Source: Camelus dromedarius (taxonomy: Eukaryota). From it: a DNA stretch of 64,000 nt. The stretch lies in NCBI RefSeq assembly GCF_036321535.1, contig NC_087451.1, positions 55,490,001 through 55,554,000 on the forward strand, given 5' to 3'. The notes under the pieces were generated by a model, which made no database searches, had not been told where the DNA came from, and saw nothing but the letters and a program-made list of their open reading frames with translations. Positions 1-12,589 of this stretch are shown here, one piece after another. A program made the position numbers and the translations under genes. The first letter of the stretch is position 1; each line of letters starts with the position of its first letter.

Positions 1-1372
1 CAGTGAGGGAATCCCACCCAGGAATGTCCAGGGGGTACCTCTACCTGGCCACTGTACAGTCACTGGACTCTGTTTCTTTATCACCTGGAGCCCCAGCTCA
101 ATCCCCGGAATGAAAGGAGGCCACCGTNNNNNNNNNNNNNNNNNNNNNNNNNNNNNNNNNNNNNNNNNNNNNNNNNNNNNNNNNNNNNNNNNNNNNNNNN
201 NNNNNNNNNNNNNNNNNNNNNNNNNNNNNNNNNNNNNNNNNNNNNNNNNNNNNNNNNNNNNNNNNNNNNNNNNNNGGTGAGTGCGTGTGTGTGTCGCCTG
301 TGGGTTTGCATTTTTGCATCGTGTGTTTGGATGCCTCATCTCCTGCCTCCGGTGGGGAGAGGTTCTCCTTTTGCCCCTTTTTGGGGAAACCTCCAGAAGG
401 AGCCCTCAGCCCTCTCCCTGCCCAACTGCCAACCAGAGCCAAGAGTACGCCTCAGACAAAACCCCCTCTCCAGCCTCCAGCCACCAGCCACGGGATATCG
501 CCGGCGCCTGGCGCCCACCGAGGCACAGTCGGGCAGGGGCGGGGCTTTCCCTAGGACTCGGTCTCCACCCTAGTCCCGGGAAGGGATAGGTGCCTGCGGG
601 GAGCTGGGGCCGGCGGGCTCTTCTCCCTCTGCCCCCGGACGCCCGCGCCGGGCCTGCGTGTGCGTGCGGTGTGGTGTGCGTGTGTGTCTTTCATGCAAAC
701 CCTCCCTCCCCAAACCGACCCCCCCCAACAATTTGCCATTCCATACAAATTTGGAAACAGGTTTTTTAAAAACAGTATGACGCACAACGGGGACGGGGCG
801 GGGGAGGGCAGTGGCACTGGGGCCCCAAATCTCCGAGTCTCTGATTGTAAGAACCTGGGGAGGGGAGGGGGCAGCGTCGGCCCCCACTTCACCAAAGTGC
901 ACAGATCCGCGCTTGGGCGGCGCGGCCCGCGGGCCGGGAGGGGCATCCCGGGGCCGGGCCGGGCCGCTAGGCTCAGTCAGAACCTCCTTGCATAGATATT
1001 TGTGTCTTTTTTTATTATTGGTAGTAGTATTTTTTGCCTTTTATTGCTTCTAAAAGTTCTTACTGCGTTTTCTCTCCGATCCGGACTCTGCGTTTGGCCT
1101 CCGTCGCCTCTTAGCCTTTTTTTTTTTTTTGTATGTTTGTTTGTTTGTTTGTTTAAAAAAGGGGAAAGGGAAAAATGGATTCTAGTTACAAATTGTCTTG
1201 GCCTCTCTCTTTCCTCTCAATCCACATTCCCTCCCGCCAAAATTAAAATCACAGAATGCTGAGACTAAGGGTGGGGATAAGGGCTTCCAGGTCCAGGCTC
1301 AGGCGCCCTGACTTCTGCCCTCTACAAGAAAGAGGGGGCACCCTGCTCCTTTCTGCCTCGGCAGCTCGGTGT

Positions 1373-1374
<2 letters not shown>

Positions 1375-1443
<69 letters not shown>
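1375..1443. repeat. (AAT)23 microsatellite in the NEUROD2 3'UTR
   Basis: 23 perfect AAT units counted directly. Confidence 0.98.
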
Positions 1444-1446
<3 letters not shown>

Positions 1447-1842
1447 GGGAAACAGTATCCCACAGCTCAGCTGCCCCCTTACCAACACCTTTGGGCCTGC
1501 AGGGGGAAAGGGGAGGAGGAAACCTAAGTGCAGGAATTGGGAATTAGGGCGGAGGGGTCTCCAGGGAGTTCCCGAAGAGGAGTCCCTGTTAAAGTACTCC
1601 CTGGGAAAGAGGAGGAGGGAACCTCTTGGGGAGAGAGAAGGCGAGTCCCCTGGGGAAAGCGAGGCCCCTGGGACGGGCCACCCACAGGTAAGAGGACCTC
1701 GCTGCCCAGAAGAGCAGCAGGACCGGCGGCCCGCTCCCCGCGCCCCGCGCCGGGGTAGGTGGGGATGCCCCTGCGCTCGGGGGTGCTGGGGACAGGGGTG
1801 AGGGCAAAGGCAAAAGAAAAAGAAAGGGGCGGGCTCAANNNN

Positions 1843-2991
<1,149 letters not shown>

Positions 2992-4094
2992 NNNNNNNNN
3001 NNNNNNNNNNNNNNNNNNAAGGGGAGAGAGAGAGCACAGAATGAGGGGCGCGCTGGGGTCATGCCGCCCTCCTCAACCCGCCTCCACCCCCGAGTCCAGT
3101 GCGGGTTCCTGCCCAGGGGGCCCCGGATGCCCACCTCCTCTGCCTGCCCCACCCTGAGCCGGCCCAACCCTGCCCCAGCCGCTCGCCCAGGATCTCGGCC
3201 CAGGCTCTCTCCCCAACGCTGGGGCCCGGCTCCACCCCTCGCCTGAACGAGGGGCCGCTCCCTACGCCGGGCCTTCTACAGGTCTGGGCAGGGACCGAGC
3301 AGGGGCTTTAGAGAACAGAGATCTCTTCGCCTGGGGAGGCGGTGCACTCGCCCTGAAAGCCTCTTCTCTCTCGGCGGTGGAGGAAGGCTGGGCGGCCGCC
3401 GGTGGGGACAGCTGCCCCACTCCGCGGCTCCGGCGGCCCGGGCCCCTCTGCCCGGCTCCCCCACCCTCCGGTGGCTCTCACCCCCACGCTCCCTAATCCA
3501 ATTTGCAACTTGGCCGCCCGCCGCCCTCGGCTCGGCCCCCACCCCCGCAGCCCCAGTTCCAGAGGCGGGAGGATCGGGAGGATAGTCTCCTCCAGCCGGG
3601 CGTCCCCAGCTCCCCGAGCCGGCTCGGGGCGGCGAGGACTGAGAAACCCGGGCGTGGGGAGGAGACTGAGAGAAGCGAGCCCCGTCCGTCTCCCCTGCGG
3701 TCAGGGACCCCCTTCCCCCCTTTAAACTGCTTCCCTCCCACACGGCTCTTCAGATCTCGTTGTATTTCGGGATTGATGGAAAAAAATCCAAATTTGCTTG
3801 TTTGCTTCTTTTTTTTCAGTCGTGGGGAAAGGTCGAAGGTTCCTCCGGGACAACCATGGGGGGTTCCCATCTCAGCCTCTTCACGCCCCCCCCCCATGAC
3901 CCTGCTTCCCCTCCTCCCCAAGCCCATCGCAGGCAGAGACGCCTCCCTCCGCAGCCCCCGGAGCTGCAGCCCCTCGGGGAGAGGAAACCCAGGACGCCTC
4001 CGATGCACACCCCATGAGGGGCATCGTCTGGGGAAGGGGGGATTTAGGGACCCTCCTATCGGCCGAAGAAGCCGCACCCTCCCCCCCAACCGGC

Positions 4095-4578
4095 NNNNNN
4101 NNNNNNNNNNNNNNNNNNNNNNNNNNNNNNNNNNNNNNNNNNNNNNNNNNNNNNNNNNNNNNNNNNNNNNNNNNNNNNNNNNNNNNNNNNNNNNNNNNNN
4201 NNNNNNNNNNNNNNNNNNNNNNNNNNNNNNNNNNNNNNNNNNNNNNNNNNNNNNNNNNNNNNNNNNNNNNNNNNNNNNNNNNNNNNNNNNNNNNNNNNNN
4301 NNNNNNNNNNNNNNNNNNNNNNNNNNNNNNNNNNNNNNNNNNNNNNNNNNNNNNNNNNNNNNNNNNNNNNNNNNNNNNNNNNNNNNNNNNNNNNNNNNNN
4401 NNNNNNNNNNNNNNNNNNNNNNNNNNNNNNNNNNNNNNNNNNNNNNNNNNNNNNNNNNNNNNNNNNNNNNNNNNNNNNNNNNNNNNNNNNNNNNNNNNNN
4501 NNNNNNNNNNNNNNNNNNNNNNNNNNNNNNNNNNNNNNNNNNNNNNNNNNNNNNNNNNNNNNNNNNNNNNNNNNNNNN
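4095..4578 (-). promoter_or_regulatory. NEUROD2: Probable location of NEUROD2 non-coding exon 1 and core promoter (hidden in a 484-nt N gap)
   Basis: Inference from the two-exon mammalian NEUROD2 structure (about 1.1 kb intron upstream of the ATG) and the CpG-rich flank at 3350-4094. The sequence itself is not visible. Confidence 0.55.
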
Positions 4579-5576
4579 GAGGAGTTGCCCCCCTTGGATA
4601 TAGAGTCCCCCACATGGGAACAATGGGGTGGCAAGGCTGGAAACTGGGGGTTTGTGGTGTCCCCAGTTCTATGCTCCCTCCAGGGTCCTGCTCTGTCCAT
4701 TTCCTCCCTTTCAGGCCCCCGAAGGTGGGTCAGGGACCAGACCCTCGGGTCTGGAGAAGGGAACCTCTATGCTTGCCCCAACCCCACCCCCACAAGGATC
4801 CCATCAGCCACAAAGGGACAGCTGAGGCCCCCTCCCAGGGTGGGCGTGGGGGCGTCCGTGGCCCAAGCCCCATAGGTAGATGTTGGCACCATGCCATCCC
4901 TCATCCCTGTCTGCCCCTCCTCCACCCACCCGCACGCACACACAACATATGTGGCTGAACGAAATTCAAACCAAGGGAAAGACAGAGAAAAGGAAAGACT
5001 TGCCTGGGTGTCTGTGCCTCTGCATGGGCGTGTGTGTGTGTCTGTGGGGACATGTGTGTCTATCTGTGGAGTCAGCGGATGGGAGAGATTTCCTTGGGTG
5101 TTTCAGGGTATACGTATATTGGGATGAGGATGGAAAGGCTCACCTTGGGGTGAGCCTGTGCACCCACCGTCTAGGGTGGGGGAGAGGGCTCAGTCAGGAT
5201 TCCTAACCCAGAAAACTCTCCCTCCTCTCCCCACTTCCCTGTCCAACATACCCTCCCCTGCTAGACAAGTGACCATCCCACCAGTGGCTTTCTCTCCTGC
5301 CTCTGACTTGCTTATTTGAGGGAGGAGGGGACTGAGCTGGGAATTACCTCAAGTTCCAGAAGGAGACTCAAGCCTTCTCCTCCCCCTGCAAAAAATAGTG
5401 AAAATACTGAAGCCAACTCCAGCAGTCTTGAGAGTGACCAAGGGGAGGTGAGTCAGACAGGTGTCTTGATAAGGAAGGTAGGAAATTGCTATTTTGTCTT
5501 ACAGCTCACCTTTCAATCCTCACACTGGGCCAGACACAGATGCAAATGGCCTGGGCTGAGGGAGGTAGCTTTAGAT

Positions 5577-5596
5577 ACACACACACACACACACAC
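5577..5596. repeat. (AC)10 microsatellite
   Basis: Direct count. Confidence 0.9.
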
Positions 5597-6551
5597 CTGT
5601 TCCTCACTCTGTGGTGCAGAAAATGGATACACACCCCTACTCAGATAGATTCATGTGTGTAAGCAGGTAATCACAACCAGGTGTAGAGAGACCGTTGCCC
5701 ACACCGTGATTCAGGCGTTTGTCTGTTTCAGACCCACATTTCCTGTCCCTCCCCACCCTCCAGCTTCCATATGCTTGGACAACTTCAATTATACCTTAAC
5801 CACACACACTCTGATGTCAACCATGTGCTCAGGGCTGTGGTGGTGCAAAGATGTGGGTTTCACCCTCAGTCTTGATAGATAGTTTTCTCCCTCTAGGAGC
5901 TTCCAGAAGGGGTTTTGAACTGGTAAGACACTGACCTGATGCTTGATGGGATGAATTAGGTTAGAGAGAGACACACATGATGGCTACGGAGGGCTTGGAG
6001 AAGAGGGGCTGGCACTGTGTGGGGCTGACCAGGAACCAAAAGGCACTTCAAATACTCCTTCTACAGAGGCCCATAAAGGGGAACTGACTTGTCCAGGAAC
6101 ACACAGTGGAAAGCAGAACTGGGTCTAGAATCCAGGGACTTAACCCCCAGCCCAGTGCTCCTTCTACAATCCCACAATCTGCCTCAGGGTCCCCAAGGAT
6201 GAGAAGCCAATGGTAAGTTTTCCTCCGCTCATACATCCTGGTTCTGGGAAGGTAGACTCCCACCTCTGGAAGATGTCTGGGGCCCTCTGGGCATGGCAGA
6301 GAGGGTCTCTCTGGTGGGGCAAAGATTCAGGAATGCTGGCCAGGGCCCTGTCCATGTCTGGGCACAGCCCTAGAAGCTTCACTGTTCCTTTACGGAGTGT
6401 GGGGTGTTTTGAATCCTGACACATGGCCTTTCTAGAGCCCCCCGTCATATGGTATTCTGATTACACACACATGCTTTGGGCTCTAATTACTGGCCAACAC
6501 TGCTTGCCAGCCTTTAAGAATGCTGAATACCTTGAACAAGTTACATAATAG

Positions 6552-6640
6552 CTCTCAGTCTTGATTTCCCCATCTGTAAAATGGGGACAATTATGCTATA
6601 CCTCATAGAGCTGGTGTCAGTACTAAATGGCTAAGATATG
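6552..6640 (+). mobile_element. MIR SINE fragment
   Basis: MIR core motif ctcagt...ccccatctgtaaaatgggga...cctcatagagctg. Confidence 0.75.
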
Positions 6641-9600
6641 AACAGAATTCAGCACAGGGTTAGTCATAGAGTTCGCCTGTAATGAATGTCACTCTCATTT
6701 TCATTAAAGCATTTTGTAAACTGTAAGATGCTTTGCAATATTAATTCCTGGTACATACCCCCCACCCCCAAGACACACACACATTCAGAAAGCTATGTCT
6801 ATAAGGGAACTGAGTTTTTGTTGAATTAATGGGCTAATGAATGGGTGAGCAAGTAAATTAATGCTTCCTTGTGATTGAAACCTACCCCTCTGCCCTCTCC
6901 TTTGGACACTGAGGGGTGGGTTAAGCCTCACAGGCCTCTTCCAGCTCTGCTTTCTGCTCCAGACACGAGGCAGACCTCCGCAGCATAGCGGAGCCCTTTG
7001 GAGGTCCTTCCATCCCTTTCCTATCTCCTATCAGGAATGACCTCAGCCTGCTGAAGGAGGCCTGAGGGGCAGGGGGGCATCCCTAAGGGTATGAGGAACT
7101 TCATCCCTCTCAGTCTGTTTGCTGNNNNNNNNNNNNNNNNNNNNNNNNNNNNNNNNNNNNNNNNNNNNNNNNNNNNNNNNNNNNNNNNNNNNNNNNNNNN
7201 NNNNNNNNNNNNNNNNNNNNNNNNNNNNNNNNNNNNNNNNNNNNNNNNNNNNNNNNNNNNNNNNNNNNNNNNNNNGCTTGAAAGAGGTATAACACACAAG
7301 TGTCCACATACACAAGAACAAGCATGAACATACAGGGACATCCCTGCTCCTCTCTGTGCACCCGGAGAGGCAGAGATGCAGTGATGGAGAGACAGAGCGA
7401 GCCAGAAACGAAAGGAAGGAGACGGAAGGAGAAGGACACCCAGAGATGCCATCTGTTCCTCCCCCTGGCATTGGGGGAAGGGAGTTGGTGAGGGGCCTGG
7501 TCCCCTCCGGGTCTCTGACAGGGAAGGGGAAGGGTGGGCACCTCAGCCAGGCCTGGAAGACTCCCATTCCTGCTGCCCACTCCCATCCAGGGAGCTGGGA
7601 GCCGAGGGTCTGAGGTTCCCATGGAGACATAGCCCCATCCCAGGGGAGGCCACAGTCTGGGCACCTAAAATGGCTGCCTCAGAGGGGTGGCAGCCATTTT
7701 GTGCAGGCATCGGTCCTGAGGGGGTCGGGGGTGAGGGGGGCTGAGAGTGTAGAGTAGAGGGTGGGGGGATAGGTCATTCCTGAGCAGTCAAGGGAACTGC
7801 TCAGAGGGTAGAAGAAGGCTCTATAAAACTGCTCTCATTACACCCCCTGCTCCACCAAAAAAAACCCAACCAAACAAACAAACCAAAAAAACCCCCATAC
7901 ACACATAAATCTGTAAACCTCCACCCCATTCTGACACCCAGAAGGACACCTAGCCGTTGCCTCCACCATCACCACCACCATGCCCCAAGTAAGATTGGTG
8001 GGGGCAAGTGTGCTGGAGAAGGAGGCTTGATTTCCCACCAAAGTGTCAAAGCAAGCGCGGGGAGCATGAACATACAGGGACATCCCTGCATTAGAACCCA
8101 GGTGTCCATTCCCTGGTCGCAGCCATCTAACTCCATCTCTGGGGGCCTCCCTGGCTGAGGCGGGCAGACAGGTGAAGAATGAGGGCAGGAACAGGGCAGG
8201 GCTCTTCTCACCCCCACCTCTGACTTGAGGGGAGGGACAGGAATCTGGGGATCCTCCGAGGGGCCCGTACTCCTGGCATAGGCCATGCTGTGGGGAAGGA
8301 GGGAGGGGAGGGGGCAGGCTGGCACTGCCCAGACGGCGACTCTTCCATCCGTTCAGATGCTCAAAGCTTCCTCCTGAAGCACGAGAGCACCTGCCATCCC
8401 TTCCCCAGCCCCCTGCCCACCTCAAGTCCAAAAGGACGTTGGGGGAGGGGGACCTGCCGCTTCCTCCTGGCTCTGGGATGGGTACCTGCCCCGCTGCCCC
8501 CTCCCCCCGCCCGCCGCAGTGTTCTGGGGAACCGGCGGGCACGCCAGATGGCGTGGCTGAGAATGCGGCGACGTTGCCGGGAGGTGAGGGCTGGCACGAG
8601 TGATATGCGGCTGCGTGCCTTGTGGTGCCACCGGGGAGGGGGAGGGGGAGGACCAGTGAGGTGTAGCCCCCCTCCCCTGGGCTGACCTCCTGTCCTGACC
8701 TCCAGCTCACTCCCAGGATTCTCTTCGACTTCCTCTGCCTGAGGCCTGGGCTCCGGCTCTGGGTCTAGGCCCCACCCAAAGACAGGTGGGCCAGGCTTGA
8801 GCTGAGAGTCCTGGGTCAGACCCCTGCTGCACCCCCCACCCACCCCGAACCTGGGACAAAGGGCGACGGAGGAGACCCACTAGTCCTCCAGCAAAGCCAG
8901 CCCTGTCATGATTGTTCCCTTGCTCCCAAAGTAGAGTGACCTTTGCCCCATAACCTTTGACTTCTGGCTTCTGAGTCCTGTTTTTCTGAAAAGAACTCCT
9001 TCCCTGATGGGCTCTGGACCCTGAGTCTCTTTTTCATCCAACTCATTTTCATTCCTCACCAAGAGGATTCCTGTTGGACACCTCTTCCTGGGAGCCTTCC
9101 CTGACCTCCCCAGGCAGGGCAGCTTTAATACTTATCACTTTCTGTTAGGAAGATCCATTTACCCATCTGGGTCCCTGACCTGACCATGGTGGATACTTAC
9201 CTTATATCTCAGTAGTCTGGTGCGTCACATAGGCTGTACACAGTTGGTGCTCAATAAATGCTCCTTGCATTAATGCCTGGCTGGCTTAGAGTGTTCAGGA
9301 TACTAGAGCCTTTCTGCCAAGACTCTCCTAAAGCAGTAAGGTCCAAGGTCTGGGGCTAAGCCCAGAACCCCCCAGACCAAAAGGCCCCTCCTCTTGCCTT
9401 TTGCACAAATTTCACTCTGAGGAGGGGGACTTGGGACAGGGTTGGGGTGTCACAGATTCCCCTCAAAGTGGCCTTCAGATAGAGGGCTTAGGGCATGGAG
9501 GCTGAGCCTGGGAGTGCTTGACCCCCATTCCCTGGGCACCAAGCTCTGATTCTGAGGCCCCAAGAGGCCCCGCAGTGCCTCCCCTTCAGGGTGGTTCCTG

Positions 9601-10089
9601 TCCAGCTCTAGACCCCCTTCTTGGGCCTCATACCTCTCAGCAGACTCGGGGGGTGCCGCTTCCTCTCCTTACCCCATACCTTCCCTGAGTGGGGTAAAGT
9701 CTGCTCCCTGAGGGGAGGGGAGATGAGGTCCAGGGACACAGATGAGTCCCACTTCCACTGCCATTTCTTCTTTGCTGATGCTACTCGCCAAGCCACCCTC
9801 CAATATCTCAGCCCTTCTGCCTTATGGACCTGGCCCAGGCCCTCCTCCTCTGGGAAGCACTGACTTCCCACAGGACCCTTGCTCCTCTGGCTTCCCGCCT
9901 AGGACCTAGGCTGTTCATCCTGCCCATTCTATCTGAGGGCAAATCTGAATGTGGTATTCCCCTTCTCTGGCACCCTCAGTGGCTCCTCATCACCTCTAGG
10001 ATCAGGTCATGCTCCTCATGGACCTCGATCTGCCTGCTGCCCAGCTCTCCCTTCACACTTGTCCCTGCCTTGAACTCTGCCCCTCAGCC

Positions 10090-10310
10090 ACTCTAAACTG
10101 CTTAAGCTTTCACAAGCCTCATGCTTATGAGTCTTTGCTCAGGCTGTCCCCTCTGCCTGGAGCACCCTCTCCATGTTCCTCAACTTTAAGTTGAAGCCTC
10201 ACCTCCTCCAGGAAGTCTCTCTGGGTTAGATGTCCCTTTCCAGATGTTCCTAATGCCTCCTGCACACTTCTACCAAGATACAGACCATGATCTTTACCTC
10301 ATGGGTCTCT
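10090..10310 (+). mobile_element. LINE-2 fragment
   Basis: Typical L2 phrases: tttgctcaggctgtcccctctgcctgga, tcacctcctccaggaagtct. Confidence 0.65.
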
Positions 10311-11699
10311 CCCACCTGGAAGGCAGGAACTGGGCCCAGAAACTGGCACCCAGAACAGCCTCAGTAAGTGAAAATAAGTGGCACCAAAAGCCTGTCCTGC
10401 CACTGCCCAGAAACCAGAGGCTGCAGTCAAGGCAGGAAACCCACCTGCAGGAAGCTCCTCCTCCAAACCCTCCCTCTTTTCCCCTCAGCTTCCCCACAAA
10501 TCCCAGCACTGCCAAGAAACATCAGCCTTCCCCTCTGTAAAATGGGCATGATAATTACAATAAGACACCTGCTAAGCACCAGATGAGCTAACAGGTGTGA
10601 AAGTGCTGTCTCAGCAACAGCCCCATCCAGGTAAGACTGATTTCACCCCAAGCCCCCGATCAACCTTAGTTTCTTTTTTTAAAAAAAATCTTTGTTACTG
10701 AATCTCTGTTTATCATCGCATGTTTGTTCCGTATTTCTTGTCAGTTTTCCAAGTGAGCAGTTGGGGTGTCCCGCCCCTGCCCCTCCACAGGTCCGCAGAC
10801 GAAGGAAGTCTGATGAAGAGGGAGCTCGGGGTGGCCAAAAGGGCACCAGACGTAGCAGGGTCTCAACCTTTGTCAAATCACATAACCCTCTGCTTCCTCA
10901 TCTGTAAAATGGGAATAGTGCCACCTGTCCACCTGCTCGTGTCTCTCAGGGCTGTTGGGAGGACCCAAAGAACAGCAGTTATGAAGTGCACTTGGGGTGG
11001 TTGAGTCCTGACTGACGGTGGATCATGGGCACCTGCTGGGGCAGTGCAGGACAGTGGGGAAAGCACAGGGTTGTGTCCCAGGCGCCCTTTCCTTCAGGTG
11101 GGCTGTTTTGAACTTGCCTGTGACTTGGGCATGTCCAGATTTCATCCCCTAGAAATCAGAACCAGGGATCTGGCCTGGGGACTTCTGGGAACCTGATACC
11201 AGACCATTCTCTGATGCCTCCCTTGAGCCTGACATGGGTGCGTGGGGCATCTAGGGCTGGCAGTGGGCACAAATGACCCACAGCTGCAATGGTGCTGGTG
11301 CTTAGAGGAGGACAGCCTCAAATAGCCACGTATGGGGGGTATACATGGTGGGCACAGCCAGGGCAGGAGGTCACAATTTAACCAGAGACCTCTTGGCTCA
11401 GCCCCTGGGATATTGGAGCCTAGGACAGTGTGAAAGAGACTTAGCCATAACCTCCCTGCTTTACCACCCTGAGGAGTCAGGGTGGGGGCACAGGAGGGGA
11501 GGGAACAGTCTAGAGGTAGGAGCCTCATGGCCCAATGCCCCACCTTACAGATCAGGAAACCACAGCACAGAGAGGCAAAGTAACCTGCCTGGTGTCACAC
11601 AATAAGTGAGTGACAGCTGGGACTAGAAACTAGGACCTCAATTACTGCCTTGGGGTCCTGCTGTCCCTGGGGCCTCAGAGCTCTCTGTAATAATGTAAT

Positions 11700-11945
11700 A
11701 CATAATCCATGATAATGTAATAATACAGCGGTAGTGTTATCTGTGCCAGGCCCTGGCTTCACACACACTTACTTCATTCTCACCATGACCTCAGATGTGG
11801 GATTACTATTATCTCCACTTAAAGACGAGGATGCTAAGGCACAGAGAGGTTGAGATTAAGGTTGCCATGCTAAGGTCACACAGCTAGTAAGTAGCAGAGC
11901 TCAGATTTGAACCAAGCTCTCTCTGACTCAGAGTCTAAGCTCTTA
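11700..11945 (-). mobile_element. MIR SINE (near full length)
   Basis: Antisense MIR: tgtgccaggccctgg...aggcacagagaggtt...aaggtcacacagctagtaagt...gatttgaacc. Confidence 0.8.
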
Positions 11946-12369
11946 TTCATTATTATGACTTGTGTTCCTTTCTCTGAAGCCCCTGTGATCTCCACACTGT
12001 GAGACCAGCAGACTCTACAATAGAGAGGGAAAGAAGGATTCACTGGGAAGATCTGGTGCCAAGAATTTACCTATTGTCCAGGACCCCACATCACGGAAGC
12101 CAGTGCACCCACCTGGGTCTCTGCCCTACTCATGGGTAGGTGGGGGCTCCCTCTACAGGGAGGGCAAGGGGCAGTCACATTAAACATGGGGTTTCTCCAC
12201 CCTGTATCCCTCTTCCCTCAGCTCTTTCTGGAGGTGACCTCCTCGCCCTTACAGGCTCAATAAGTTGCTCCCTTCACCAGGAAGTCCTCCCTGATGCCCA
12301 GTGAGAGAATGTTGCTCTTTCCTATGGCCCTTGACTCCACGTTGGGCACTTGGGGATGGACGGACCAGC

Positions 12370-12510
12370 TGGAATCCCAGCTTCACCACTTGATTACTAG
12401 CCGCCTGCCACGCCCTTCTGTTTTTCCGTCTGTAAAATGGGAATAAGGAGCGCTACCTCGCAGAATCTTTGTGAGGATTAGAAGCGAAGCAGTGTTCTAT
12501 TAGGAAGCAC
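12370..12510 (+). mobile_element. MIR SINE fragment
   Basis: ggaatcccagcttcaccactt...ctgtaaaatgggaataa...tgtgaggatta. Confidence 0.7.
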
Positions 12511-12589
12511 CTGGCACCCAGCGGGCCCAGCCCACCCACTGGCTCCATCTCCTTGTCCTCCTCACCCTGGCTTTCTCCCGGTTCTCTCC

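Noticed and set aside
1249-1842. 516-aa NEUROD2 ORF with a poly-Ile C-terminal extension, and the 181-aa plus-strand poly-Ile ORF
   Set aside because: The true stop is hidden in gap 1839-1978, and the Ile run is the (AAT)23 UTR microsatellite.
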